This document shows, one piece after another, positions 7,969 through 16,865 of a stretch of DNA of 35,343 nt (position 1 is its first letter; the number at the start of each line of letters is the position of its first letter). The stretch is from IMG/VR virus record IMGVR_UViG_3300045988_157753; one strand, 5' to 3'. The position numbers and the translations under genes were made by a program. The notes below the pieces were generated by a model, which searched no databases, had not been told where the DNA came from, and saw nothing but the letters and a program-made list of their open reading frames with translations. Source of the stretch: a virus.

Positions 7969-8660
7969 CTCGGAATGATCTCCACGCTCGTGATGCCGCC
8001 CGTCCAGCGGACGACGCTCTCTCCGGCCGGCAGCGTGGGAAACTCCGGTGCGGAGATGGTGCTGTTGAGGTTAAATGCCCCGTAGTAGGCGTTCTGCGTG
8101 CCCGAATCGAGCACGACCACGCCGCGGGGCATGCTGTTGATGGTGACGGTCACACCGCCCACCGTCAGGGTGCCGGCCCCCGTGCCGGTGACGGTGATCG
8201 TCGGCAGAGCCGTGAACGCGGTGGGGTTTCGCAAAACTTCCCCCTGCGCGGCCTGCACCGGCACATCTCCGATACGGAGGAACCTCTGCGGCTGGCAGTT
8301 AAACTCAATCGTCGCGCGGCCAAACCGGTGCATGACGCTCTCCACGTCCAGCGGGCCGGCAAAATAGGCTTTGCGGTAGGTCTCTACGTCGTAGCTGTCC
8401 TCCAGCTTCTGGTACCCACGCGGGCCGCAGAGCCAGTCAGCCACCGCGCGCATAGCGCGGGGGAGCCGCATCCGCTCCGCGCTGATGTAGATGCTGTACG
8501 CCTGCACGTAATTCTGGTAGGCGTCCTGGAGAAACAGCAGGTCGCCGTTTCGCCCGGGGACGGCCTGTGTGTCCAGCTTTCGCGCAGAAAGCTCCACATC
8601 CGGATAGCGCTCAACGACAACGTGGACGTCATCAGACGATACTCCCGCCCAGAAGATCAT
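7953..8660 (-). CDS. Distal tail protein (Dit)
   Basis: 235 aa directly after the tape measure (ATGA overlap), before Tal. Confidence 0.75.
   Translation of the reverse strand: MIFWAGVSSDDVHVVVERYPDVELSARKLDTQAVPGRNGDLLFLQDAYQNYVQAYSIYISAERMRLPRAMRAVADWLCGPRGYQKLEDSYDVETYRKAYFAGPLDVESVMHRFGRATIEFNCQPQRFLRIGDVPVQAAQGEVLRNPTAFTALPTITVTGTGAGTLTVGGVTVTINSMPRGVVVLDSGTQNAYYGAFNLNSTISAPEFPTLPAGESVVRWTGGITSVEIIPRWWTL
8098..8114. repeat. Copy A of dispersed 17-bp palindrome (GTGCCCGAATCGAGCAC)
   Basis: One mismatch from the perfect copy at 33384-33400; lies inside dit. Confidence 0.8.
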
Positions 8661-10714
8661 GCAAACACCGCCTCTCTGCGCTCCACCGCGTGCTGCAGAT
8701 TATACATGACAGCATCCGCCAGTGCGTTGACGTCCTGCCCCTCCGCGCCGTAGACGTTCAGCACTACGCCGCCCATGTTAGTGGTCGTGCCGCCGCCTAT
8801 GGGCAGCGCCGACAGCGCGGACAGCTCCTCGCCCATGTCGCGCATAGCTCTCGGCATGGCCTGCTCTACGCCCAGCGTGATGCCGGGCGGGATAAATTTT
8901 CCGACTTCATCGGCAAAAACCTTTGAGGGGGAGTGGATGCCAAAGAAGTCCTTGATCCAGCCGACAACACCATCAACCCAGCCCCGGAGCTTATCGTAAA
9001 GCCATGCTCCGGCATTCTTTATGCCGCTGAAAATGCCTTTAACAATATTTGACCCCAGGCTGATTGCACGACCGGGAAGCTCCCGCAGCCAGTCTATGGC
9101 AGACTGCACGCCATCGCGGACAGCTCTGACTATATCGCGAGCTTTATCCGAAACAGCTGTACCTACATTGGTAAAGAAAGACCGTATGTTCTCGCCGGCA
9201 GTGGTGAACCAGGATACAATGCTTTCCACGGCACCGGCTATCCAGTCTTTGACGCTGGTCCAAATCTCAATAACGCCATTGCGAAAGTCCTCGTTGGTGC
9301 TCCAAAGTGTGATAATTGCCGTAACTAGCCCTGCCACGAGGGTGATGATTATCCCTATAGGGTTGGCGTTCATAGCGGCATTAATAGCCCACTGAGCAAC
9401 TGTAGCCCCTTCGTTTGCCGCCTTAAAAGCGTTGATGGATGTAACCGCCGCGTTTATGAGAGACGCAACATTCCAGGTGATGAATCCGGCACCGATTCCC
9501 GCAATCAGAGAGACGATGTATTCGCCATTCTCCAAAATGCTGGAGACAAAGCTTGCAATGGTCGCCGAAAACGATTCCCAGTCTACGCTTTCCGTCCATG
9601 CCACGAACTCGGTCGTAATATCCTGGAGAACAGGGGTAATTGCCTCAAGAAACGGCTCACCAACTGCGGCCTTGAATTGCTTCCATGCCTCTTTGGCGTT
9701 ACCCGTAACATTTTCCCAGCCGTCCATCTCTCGGCTTGCCTGGCCATAGGCTCCGGACAGCTTTTGCGCCGCAACAATCTGATCAAGCAGTACCTGTGTG
9801 GTCTCGCCTGCCGTAACATCAAGGTCTTTGTACTCCTTACCCAGGCTTTTCATTGCCTGCGCGTTTCGGGTTGCTTCCGTACTTGCGAAGCCCAAAGCGG
9901 CGTCGTTTGCATAGTTTCCCTTAGTATATGCCAACACCTGTTCAGTGGCCTCTTCGAGGCTCCTGTCGTAGTATGCGGCTGCATCAGCGGCCGCATAGGT
10001 CGCTTCGGTGGCAAACTTCAAAGCCGCCGCGCTATTCATTCCGCTGGACTTTGCGTAGGCATATAGCTGGGTATAGGCCGATTTCAAACGCGAAGGCAGG
10101 ATACCTGCCGCATCACCAATAGTATTCAGCTCCTTGGTGGCGCTGGATGCAAGGTCTCCGAAGGTCTGCGCGAATTGTGCATTCGTTGCTTTGACCTCGG
10201 CTGCAGCATCAATCATACCGGATGCAAAGCCTTTTACCGCATCAGCCATTTTTTTAAGCCCATCCACCGCGAGCTCAGACAAAATATTCGCCTTCAGGAC
10301 ATCGCCGAAGGACAAGACCTTCTCGCCGCCCTCACGCATGTCATCGCCCAACTCCTCTACGCCGCTGGAGGTGTTGCGCAGCTCGCTTTGCATCTTGTTC
10401 AGCGTGGCAGTGGCTTCATTCAGCGCCTGCTGCCACTTCTGGGTCTTTTCGTCGCTCTCGCCGTACTTGGCGGCCGCCTTGCCGGTCTGCTCCGCCAGAA
10501 GCTTCACGCGCTCGCGCTGCACATCGATCTGCTTGGACAGCACGGAGGCGGTCTTGGCATTTCTTTCCTCCGCCGACGTGGCAGCGGTAAACTGCGAAGC
10601 CACCAGCTTCATCTGGCTCTCCAGTGTCTTGGACTGCTGGATGATCTGGTTAATCTGCCGGCGATACTCTGCCTCGCCGTCTACGCCGATCTTGGGGCCA
10701 ATGTTTACAGCCAT
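8657..10714 (-). CDS. Tape measure protein
   Basis: 685 aa, coiled-coil N-terminus, central hydrophobic segments, position after the G/GT chaperones. Confidence 0.9.
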   Translation of the reverse strand: MAVNIGPKIGVDGEAEYRRQINQIIQQSKTLESQMKLVASQFTAATSAEERNAKTASVLSKQIDVQRERVKLLAEQTGKAAAKYGESDEKTQKWQQALNEATATLNKMQSELRNTSSGVEELGDDMREGGEKVLSFGDVLKANILSELAVDGLKKMADAVKGFASGMIDAAAEVKATNAQFAQTFGDLASSATKELNTIGDAAGILPSRLKSAYTQLYAYAKSSGMNSAAALKFATEATYAAADAAAYYDRSLEEATEQVLAYTKGNYANDAALGFASTEATRNAQAMKSLGKEYKDLDVTAGETTQVLLDQIVAAQKLSGAYGQASREMDGWENVTGNAKEAWKQFKAAVGEPFLEAITPVLQDITTEFVAWTESVDWESFSATIASFVSSILENGEYIVSLIAGIGAGFITWNVASLINAAVTSINAFKAANEGATVAQWAINAAMNANPIGIIITLVAGLVTAIITLWSTNEDFRNGVIEIWTSVKDWIAGAVESIVSWFTTAGENIRSFFTNVGTAVSDKARDIVRAVRDGVQSAIDWLRELPGRAISLGSNIVKGIFSGIKNAGAWLYDKLRGWVDGVVGWIKDFFGIHSPSKVFADEVGKFIPPGITLGVEQAMPRAMRDMGEELSALSALPIGGGTTTNMGGVVLNVYGAEGQDVNALADAVMYNLQHAVERREAVFA

Positions 10715-10718
10715 AGGC

Positions 10719-11263
10719 TCACCTCACTCTCATAGCTTCGTCAAATGTCCAGTGTTTCTGTTTTTTCTTGGGGGTAGCCCCGTTATAAATGGCGAGGCAG
10801 GCGATCATGTCCAGCATTTCACCGTATCGCGTGACCATGATCTCCTGCCTCCCCATATTCAGCTTTCGCCCGTAAAACAGGAGCCAGGCAAGGTTCAGCT
10901 GGACGCCTGCGCCTCGCCGCTTTCTTTTTTTTCGGGCTCTACCTCCACCGTGGGCTTGCTGTCCTCCGCCCAAGCGGTCAACGCCGCCTGCTGCAACTGG
11001 GCGAACTCGCCCATCCGCAGGGTCAGGACTTCCTCCATCGTCAGGGGCTGCGGCTTATAGCTAGGAGCCTCGAAGGAGCGCGCTTGCTCGTACCCTTCGC
11101 TCAAGGCCACCATAATGGCTGCCGTGTCGCGGGTGATCTGCCCATACTGACCCTCCAGCACCTCCCCCAGACGGGTGATGTCGCCGTCCGGGCAAAGGTC
11201 GGAGATCTTAGCGGAGGCGCCCACCGTGAAGCGGAAGCCTACTTCTCTGCCATAGATCTGCAT
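10719..11263 (-). CDS. Tail assembly chaperone frameshift product (gpGT-like), -1 shift at 10925-10931
   Basis: In the G frame ..CCC GAA AAA AAA GAA..; a -1 slip on A AAA AAA joins exactly the 10719-10973 ORF frame (..RKRRGAGVQLNLAWLLFYGRKL..). Confidence 0.7.
10895..11263 (-). CDS. Tail assembly chaperone (gpG-like)
   Basis: 122 aa between major tail and tape measure; contains the slippery heptamer near its 3' end. Confidence 0.8.
   Translation of the reverse strand: MQIYGREVGFRFTVGASAKISDLCPDGDITRLGEVLEGQYGQITRDTAAIMVALSEGYEQARSFEAPSYKPQPLTMEEVLTLRMGEFAQLQQAALTAWAEDSKPTVEVEPEKKESGEAQASS
10925..10931 (-). promoter_or_regulatory. Programmed -1 ribosomal frameshift heptamer A AAA AAA
   Basis: X XXY YYZ pattern in the zero frame of the G chaperone; T8 run on plus strand at 10925-10932. 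Confidence 0.7.
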
Positions 11264-11275
11264 AGACGCCTCCTC

Positions 11276-11884
11276 TTACGCCGCGCCGCCCAAAATCGCC
11301 TTAAGGACGGCCTCAGCGGCTGCCTCAGTGGGCTGATCAGCGCCCACCATCTTCCAGTCGTGGTTGGTGGTGTCGTCGCGCATTAGCGTGGCTGTCAGCT
11401 CCTGCGTCTGCCAGTCGATGGACTCTTCCTGCGTAGCAGCATCCAGACCGGGCTGCTGGAAACGCGCCTTCGTCAGCACCACAGGCGCGTAGGTCACTAC
11501 GCCGCCGCTCTGGTAGCGGACGACAAAGCCGATGCCCACGTAGGGGATCTCCATGCCGTCGCCGTAGTGGGAGACCTGCACCGCACTGCCGCCCGCCTGG
11601 ATCTCGGTGGCCTCGGGCAGGCCGAGGACGAACTTCTCCGCCGCCGTCAGAAGCCCGTCAACGGTCAGCGTGGCGGTGCCGTCTGCAAATACAGCCGCTG
11701 CGGTCTCTGCGGAGATGTTGTCAGCGTAGAATGTGTTGTCGTCCGTGGTATTCAGGGACAGGGAAACGCTGACGCCCCGCGCCAGCAGCATGACGCCGCT
11801 GTAGGTGACCGCGCCGCCATCGTTGGAATACTTGGCCACGTAGGGCTTGCTGAAGCCCGTACAGACCTTTCCTGCTGCGCTCAT
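11276..11884 (-). CDS. Major tail protein
   Basis: 202 aa directly upstream of the chaperone pair. Confidence 0.8.
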   Translation of the reverse strand: MSAAGKVCTGFSKPYVAKYSNDGGAVTYSGVMLLARGVSVSLSLNTTDDNTFYADNISAETAAAVFADGTATLTVDGLLTAAEKFVLGLPEATEIQAGGSAVQVSHYGDGMEIPYVGIGFVVRYQSGGVVTYAPVVLTKARFQQPGLDAATQEESIDWQTQELTATLMRDDTTNHDWKMVGADQPTEAAAEAVLKAILGGAA

Positions 11885-11895
11885 AGCAGCACCTC

Positions 11896-12381
11896 CTATT
11901 TCATGATTTTTTCAATTTCGCGGCTGCACGCCGCGTCCATTGCCGCTTCCGCCGCCTTCTTGGCGGAGTTTACGGCCTTGTCCACAAACTTCGTCTTCTT
12001 CCGGAAGGTAGTGCCGCTGTTGACAGATCTGGCGATCAATGCGTTGGGCTGTCCTCGCGGGTACTTTTCCGTCCGGGTGGAGTTGTACCCATCAAAGCCA
12101 AGTTTGACGTTGACAAACCCGTCATCATCCTTCATGCGGCTGATGCCAAAGCCATCCAGAAGCCCCGCCTTCTGCGGCAGGGTGACGGTGTCAACCAGGC
12201 CGCCGCCCTGAGCGCGGCCGTCGCCTACAGGAAGAGCCTGTATCGCGCGCCGCACCGAATCAGCCACGACCGCGGCACCGGCATAGACCGTCTTACCCAC
12301 CACGCCGTCCTTGGTGGACTGCTGCAGCTTGTTCAGCCGCTTGATGTAGTTGTCGATGCCGGAGAACTCGAACCGCGCCAT
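11896..12381 (-). CDS. HK97 gp10-family head-tail joining / tail completion protein
   Basis: Start ATG 12381 (TGATG junction); MARFEFSGIDNYIKRLNKL...GKTVYAGAAVVADSVRRAI pattern. Confidence 0.7.
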   Translation of the reverse strand: MARFEFSGIDNYIKRLNKLQQSTKDGVVGKTVYAGAAVVADSVRRAIQALPVGDGRAQGGGLVDTVTLPQKAGLLDGFGISRMKDDDGFVNVKLGFDGYNSTRTEKYPRGQPNALIARSVNSGTTFRKKTKFVDKAVNSAKKAAEAAMDAACSREIEKIMK

Positions 12382-12743
12382 CAGGCAAACACCTCCCAGT
12401 CCCACTCGTGGTGCCAGAAGCCGGTTTCTTCCTCGAACTGGCAGCTGTTCAGGCTCCAGACGATCTCCGCTGCGTCGAAGGCGGCCTCCAGCTCATCCCG
12501 CCAAGGGTCGAACTCCTGTTTCGTGAACAGGTCCGTAGAGCCGGTGACCGCCTTTTCCGCATGGATGCCGCCGGCTTCGAAGTCGTTCGCGCCGTCCTCC
12601 TGCCAGACGAAGTAGCGGTCGGACTGGATACGCCCGCCGTGGCTGACAGCATCGGTCACGGCCAGGTGCGCCGCGATGATCCGCTGCGCCCACAGGGGCG
12701 TCCTGTCGGTGCCCGAATTGGGCACATTCCGTCTCCTACTCAT
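12381..12743 (-). CDS. Head-tail joining protein (unassigned family)
   Basis: 120 aa, ATG 12743 preceded by GAGGTG; located between head-closure and gp10-like genes. Confidence 0.65.
   Translation of the reverse strand: MSRRRNVPNSGTDRTPLWAQRIIAAHLAVTDAVSHGGRIQSDRYFVWQEDGANDFEAGGIHAEKAVTGSTDLFTKQEFDPWRDELEAAFDAAEIVWSLNSCQFEEETGFWHHEWDWEVFA
12709..12725. repeat. Copy B of dispersed 17-bp palindrome (GTGCCCGAATTGGGCAC)
   Basis: One mismatch from the perfect copy; lies in the 5' end of the 12381-12743 gene. Confidence 0.8.
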
Positions 12744-13119
12744 GGGGCACCTCGTACTTCTGCTCGATCCAGACAAGCGTCAAGTCCATGGACGGCGGGT
12801 GAACATCCTGCAGCTGCTGCACCAGCTCGATGCCGTACTGCGTGCCGTCCTCTGTGACAGCGATGCACTGGGGGTTCACCGACGGGCGCGTCTGCGTCCG
12901 GATCACGCGCTCCACCTGCACCTGCGCCTGCTTGCCACTGTAATACCGTTGCAGACCAACGCGCCGTTCCGCGTAGAACAGCGTTTCCACCAGCGTGGGC
13001 GTAGGCTTGGGCTGGTATCCGGGCTGGGCGGCGTCCGTTATGGTGTAGATCTTAACCACGCCGTCCCGGTAGGGCTGCGTGATCTGCCGGTCTTCAGGGC
13101 GAAACGGTAGCTTCCGCAT
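12736..13119 (-). CDS. Head closure / head-tail adaptor protein (SPP1 gp16-like)
   Basis: PYRDGVVKIY...LFYAERRVGLQRYYSGKQAQVQVERVIRT pattern; position. Confidence 0.75.
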   Translation of the reverse strand: MRKLPFRPEDRQITQPYRDGVVKIYTITDAAQPGYQPKPTPTLVETLFYAERRVGLQRYYSGKQAQVQVERVIRTQTRPSVNPQCIAVTEDGTQYGIELVQQLQDVHPPSMDLTLVWIEQKYEVPHE

Positions 13120-13405
13120 AGTTCTTCACCTGCCTGTCGTTCTGCATGGCCAGCAGCCGGTGCAGATAGTTCGTCTCGAATACATCCAGCGCGTCGCTTA
13201 AGCCGTACCGGACGTATTCCTTCAACAGCGTCAACGGCTCCCCGGGGTTCTCATAGTCGCCAGCCTCGCCGAGCTTCGCGTCAATATAAGCCTCCCCGGA
13301 GGCGATGAGGTCGGACACTTTAGTGTCCGTTGCCTCATCGCTCCAGGTGATGTTACAGGCGATCTTGACGGACGACAGCAGCTCGGCGTTCACCGCGCCC
13401 GCCAC
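13094..13405 (-). CDS. Head-tail connector (gp6-like DNA packaging protein)
   Basis: 103 aa after the capsid gene; LSSVKIACNITWSDEATDTKVSDLIASGEAYIDAKLG pattern; GTG start, exact start uncertain. Confidence 0.7.
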   Translation of the reverse strand: MAGAVNAELLSSVKIACNITWSDEATDTKVSDLIASGEAYIDAKLGEAGDYENPGEPLTLLKEYVRYGLSDALDVFETNYLHRLLAMQNDRQVKNYAEATVSP

Positions 13406-13407
13406 CG

Positions 13408-14883
13408 TTAAGACTTGGTGACGGTGACCTTGTAGGTCTTAGTGGTGGTGCCGTCAGCGGCAGTCACAACGATCTGCAGGGTGTTGCTGCCGGTCCTCCA
13501 CGTTGCGGCAGTGCCGTTGTCGATCTCGGTGCCGTTCACGGTCAGCTTCATGGCAGCCGCAGCGTTGCCAGGTACAGCGGTCACCACATCAGACGCGTTG
13601 GTGGCGGTCGCGGTGTAGGTCAGCGTGCCGGAGGCAAACGCGGGTGCCAGAGCCAGATTTCCCACGGTCAGAGCGGTCAGCGTAGCGTCAGTAGATGCTG
13701 CGGGAGGATCCACCTGCGTCACCTTGTAGGTGGCGGGCGTCAGGCCGGAGATGTCCAGCACCAGGAAGGCGTTATTATCCAGCGGCATACCGTTGGCGTA
13801 AGCCTTGATCAGATAGACGCGCTCATCCTCCAGGAAGCGGTAGTGGTCGCTGTACTCGATGCGCCCCTCGGGGGAGGTGCCCGCCATCGCCAGATAGCGA
13901 TAGGCGATGCCGATGACAGCCTTGCCGCGGGGCAGCGCGTGGGTCTGGATGATGTCCATGGGATAGGGCAGGACGTCGTTCCGGTAAGTGCCGTCCGGAG
14001 CCATCAGCGTGGTGGCGGGCATGACCTTCTGCAGGTAGTCCTGGGGGTTCACCAGCAGGATCACATCCCGGACCTGGCGAGATTTACCGTTGGGATCAGC
14101 CGCCACGATGGACAGCAGGTTGCCCACGGTATGGGGAGACAGGTCGTCCACCTTGACGGCGGCCTTCTCGGGGTATGCGCCGCCGGTGACGGTGACGCCG
14201 TCGCCGACCTGACGGATCATGCCGATGGGCTTCTTGTTGCCGTCTCCGGCAACGAAGCCTGCTTCCATTCCGTTGCTCAGGGCCTCGAAGAGGGTCTGGC
14301 GGATAAAGCTGTCCAGCCACTCCGGACCCAGCTCCAGCATTGCCTTACAGACAGGCAGGAAAGCGGACAGTTTCAGCAGCGTGGTGGGGATTTTCTTAAT
14401 GCCAGCGGTCAGTTCTTTGACGATGTCGTCGCACAGCTCGCCCCACACGGCCTCCTCGTAGCCGTTGGTGTTCACCATGATCTCGACCGCACCGCCGGTG
14501 GCGCGGAAATTGATGCGGCTCAGCAGGGGATGCGCCGTCTGCAGCTCGTCAAAAACGGAGTTGATGACGGTGGTGGGCAGCGTCTCATCCATGCCGGTGA
14601 CAGCCTGCCGGGGGTCGATAGAGCGCATAGCTGCGGCCAGCTTCTGGTAGTAGCTGCGCTCCTCGCTGGTCAGCTGGTGGACGCCGCGCTGGGCAAGGAT
14701 GCGGGAATCGACTTCCTGCCGCAGGTCATCAAACCGCTGCTCGTACTCGGCCTGGATGTCCAGACCGATACGCTGCATCATCTCATCCAGGGCGGAAGAG
14801 AACGCGCCGGTGTCGCCGGAGACGGCAGCCTGCTGGAGAGCCTGCCGCAGTTCCTCGCGGGTGCGAATGTCATTGTTGTTCAT
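13408..14883 (-). CDS. Major capsid protein (HK97 fold) with C-terminal cadherin-like/Ig-like beta-sandwich domain
   Basis: Start ATG 14883 preceded by AAAGGAG; follows the protease; C-terminal about 90 aa TLTALTVGNLALAPAFASGTLTYTATA...TKTYKVTVTKS. Confidence 0.9.
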   Translation of the reverse strand: MNNNDIRTREELRQALQQAAVSGDTGAFSSALDEMMQRIGLDIQAEYEQRFDDLRQEVDSRILAQRGVHQLTSEERSYYQKLAAAMRSIDPRQAVTGMDETLPTTVINSVFDELQTAHPLLSRINFRATGGAVEIMVNTNGYEEAVWGELCDDIVKELTAGIKKIPTTLLKLSAFLPVCKAMLELGPEWLDSFIRQTLFEALSNGMEAGFVAGDGNKKPIGMIRQVGDGVTVTGGAYPEKAAVKVDDLSPHTVGNLLSIVAADPNGKSRQVRDVILLVNPQDYLQKVMPATTLMAPDGTYRNDVLPYPMDIIQTHALPRGKAVIGIAYRYLAMAGTSPEGRIEYSDHYRFLEDERVYLIKAYANGMPLDNNAFLVLDISGLTPATYKVTQVDPPAASTDATLTALTVGNLALAPAFASGTLTYTATATNASDVVTAVPGNAAAAMKLTVNGTEIDNGTAATWRTGSNTLQIVVTAADGTTTKTYKVTVTKS

Positions 14884-14903
14884 TCTTTTTCTCCTTTCGA
14901 TTC

Positions 14904-15674
14904 TCAAGAAAACAATCCGAGAACTTTGTTATTTTTTTCAGGGCTTCCGCCGCCCTGGGGATTCTGAGCGGGCGCAGGCACCGAGGGTGCCGCTGCCAGG
15001 TCGCGGAGCTGCGCTGCCAGCGACTTCTGATACTGGAGATGCTGTTCCATGCCGGCATTCATCTTCTGCAGGATAGTGGACGCGCCGCTCATGTCGGCGT
15101 CGGTGTCGGCAAGGCGATCCGCGAGACCGAGCTCAACACACCGCTCAGCGGTCAGCCACGTTTCTGCGTCCATCATCTCCGACAGACGCTCCTCCGTCAG
15201 CTTGTCGCCGGCCTTCTGCAGATACGCCTGCCGCCCCGCAGCATTGATGACGTCCAGATCATCTGCCGCCTTCCGCAGCTCCGCGGCATTGCCGCAGGCA
15301 CACATCCACATGTTGTGGATCATCATCAGGGTGTTGCGCGGCATGATCACCTCGTCGCCCGCCATGGCGATCACGGAGGCGATGGAGCAGGCAAAGCCGT
15401 CCACGTGCACCACTTTCCGCGCCGGGTGGCGCTTCAGCTGGTTGTAGATCGCCGTGCCTTCAAAGACGCTGCCGCCGTAGCTGTTGATGTAGATCTCGAT
15501 GCGCGACACGTCGGGATGCTTCGCCAACTCCTCGCGGAAGTGTTCCGCGCTGTTGTCGCTCTGGACATACCGCCAGTTCTCCCAATCGAACTCCTCGCCT
15601 TCTACGTCACCGTAGATGTAGAGCTGCAGGACGCCCTCCGCAGCCTGCTTGATTTCCCAAAGGGGTTTCCTCAT
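14904..15674 (-). CDS. Head maturation protease (ClpP/S14-like)
   Basis: IYINSYGGSVFEGTAIYNQL and CSIASVIAMAGD motifs; ATG 15674 in ATGA overlap with the portal stop. Confidence 0.9.
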   Translation of the reverse strand: MRKPLWEIKQAAEGVLQLYIYGDVEGEEFDWENWRYVQSDNSAEHFREELAKHPDVSRIEIYINSYGGSVFEGTAIYNQLKRHPARKVVHVDGFACSIASVIAMAGDEVIMPRNTLMMIHNMWMCACGNAAELRKAADDLDVINAAGRQAYLQKAGDKLTEERLSEMMDAETWLTAERCVELGLADRLADTDADMSGASTILQKMNAGMEQHLQYQKSLAAQLRDLAAAPSVPAPAQNPQGGGSPEKNNKVLGLFS

Positions 15675-16855
15675 GCGTTTCCTCCTTCCGCACCGCCGAG
15701 CACAGAGGCCTCCGAACCCAGCGTTGCAATATTTTTCGTGAGATAGTGTTTGTCCGCCCAATCCTCCGCGATGGCAGGCAGGCCCGCCGCCCGCAAGACC
15801 TCGTTGATGGAGAACACGCCGGAGCCGACCAGTTTCTCTACGTTCGCCGCGTTGGCGAACATATCGAAGTGGCGGATGCTGCTGGTATCAATACGGAGAT
15901 AGTCGCCGCGCTGGATCCGGTCGTAGCCGTACCGCTTGCGGTTGATCTCCTCCTGCAGCTGATCGCAGATGGGGTCGATGCAGCCGGTCAGGAACCTGCC
16001 CTGCGCATCCTCCGTGCCTTGGATGCTGCCATCCACCAGCACCGCCGGGATCTGGAACGCCTTCGCTGTGAACGCGAAGATGTCCTTCATCTGGCTCTGG
16101 ATGTCCGACAGCTCTACAGCAGCCTTACCGCCCTCGTTCGTGTAGGCGTAGCCCTCAAACTCCGGCAAGACCGCTCCATCAGAGTCGAGGAAGGTTTTCA
16201 CCTGCTCCTCGATCATCTGCGAGAACTTCTGCGTGAAGTCATCCGCGCCGGAGGCCAGCTGACTCACGTGGACTTTCCAGTGCTGCCCCTTGTCCCACGC
16301 ATACCGCCGCATGGCGGCATTGATGAGCCGCACGTAGGAGCCGTACAGGCCATCCAGCACCGGCTTGATGTTCACGTGGTTCAGCGTAAGATGCAGGACT
16401 TCCCGCTCGCGGAAGGTCTTCTCGTAGGACACATCACCCACCTGCACGCTCGTGTACTCGTTCTGCTTGCTGGGATAGCTGCCGCCGGTCATATAGCTGT
16501 CCGCCACGGCCAACGCGTCATAGCCCTCCCGCTGCCGGGTGCCGATGACCAGCACCTCGTTGTCCACCAGCAGCTTTGCCACCAGCTTGTGCAGGAACGC
16601 CGTGGAGTTCTGGTTTACGTTCGGCTCCACATTCCAGAGGTAGTGTTCGCGCTCTCGAACCTCCTTGCCATCCCGGAACGTCCGGAATTCGCAACGCCCG
16701 ACGGCGTTGGCGATCATGTTCGCGCAGATCCAGAAGCAGGTGTCCCGCAGCTGGAATTCCTGCGCCGCCGCCAGAAGATCGCGGCACGTGATCTCCACCG
16801 TGGTGGGAGAACGAGCCTTACCTCCGGCGAGCCACTTCCAAAAATTAAGTGCCAT
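15671..16855 (-). CDS. Portal protein (HK97 family)
   Basis: 394 aa between TerL and protease; AGGAGGTG RBS. Confidence 0.9.
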   Translation of the reverse strand: MALNFWKWLAGGKARSPTTVEITCRDLLAAAQEFQLRDTCFWICANMIANAVGRCEFRTFRDGKEVREREHYLWNVEPNVNQNSTAFLHKLVAKLLVDNEVLVIGTRQREGYDALAVADSYMTGGSYPSKQNEYTSVQVGDVSYEKTFREREVLHLTLNHVNIKPVLDGLYGSYVRLINAAMRRYAWDKGQHWKVHVSQLASGADDFTQKFSQMIEEQVKTFLDSDGAVLPEFEGYAYTNEGGKAAVELSDIQSQMKDIFAFTAKAFQIPAVLVDGSIQGTEDAQGRFLTGCIDPICDQLQEEINRKRYGYDRIQRGDYLRIDTSSIRHFDMFANAANVEKLVGSGVFSINEVLRAAGLPAIAEDWADKHYLTKNIATLGSEASVLGGAEGGNA

Positions 16856-16865
16856 TGCCCACCTC

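Noticed and set aside
5485-8085. 866-aa plus-strand ORF, and similar long plus-strand ORFs at 13843-14967, 15746-16939, 17412-18587, 27011-27835 and 27832-29142
   Set aside because: They run antisense to well-supported structural or replication genes. Their composition is Arg/Ala/Gly/His-rich and low-complexity, they have no RBS, and they show no recognisable motifs. Long antisense ORFs of this kind are a typical artefact in high-GC DNA.
10719-10973. Independent 84-aa gene
   Set aside because: It has no plausible start or RBS. Its frame is reached exactly by a -1 slip on A AAA AAA in the upstream chaperone gene, so it is treated as the GT extension.
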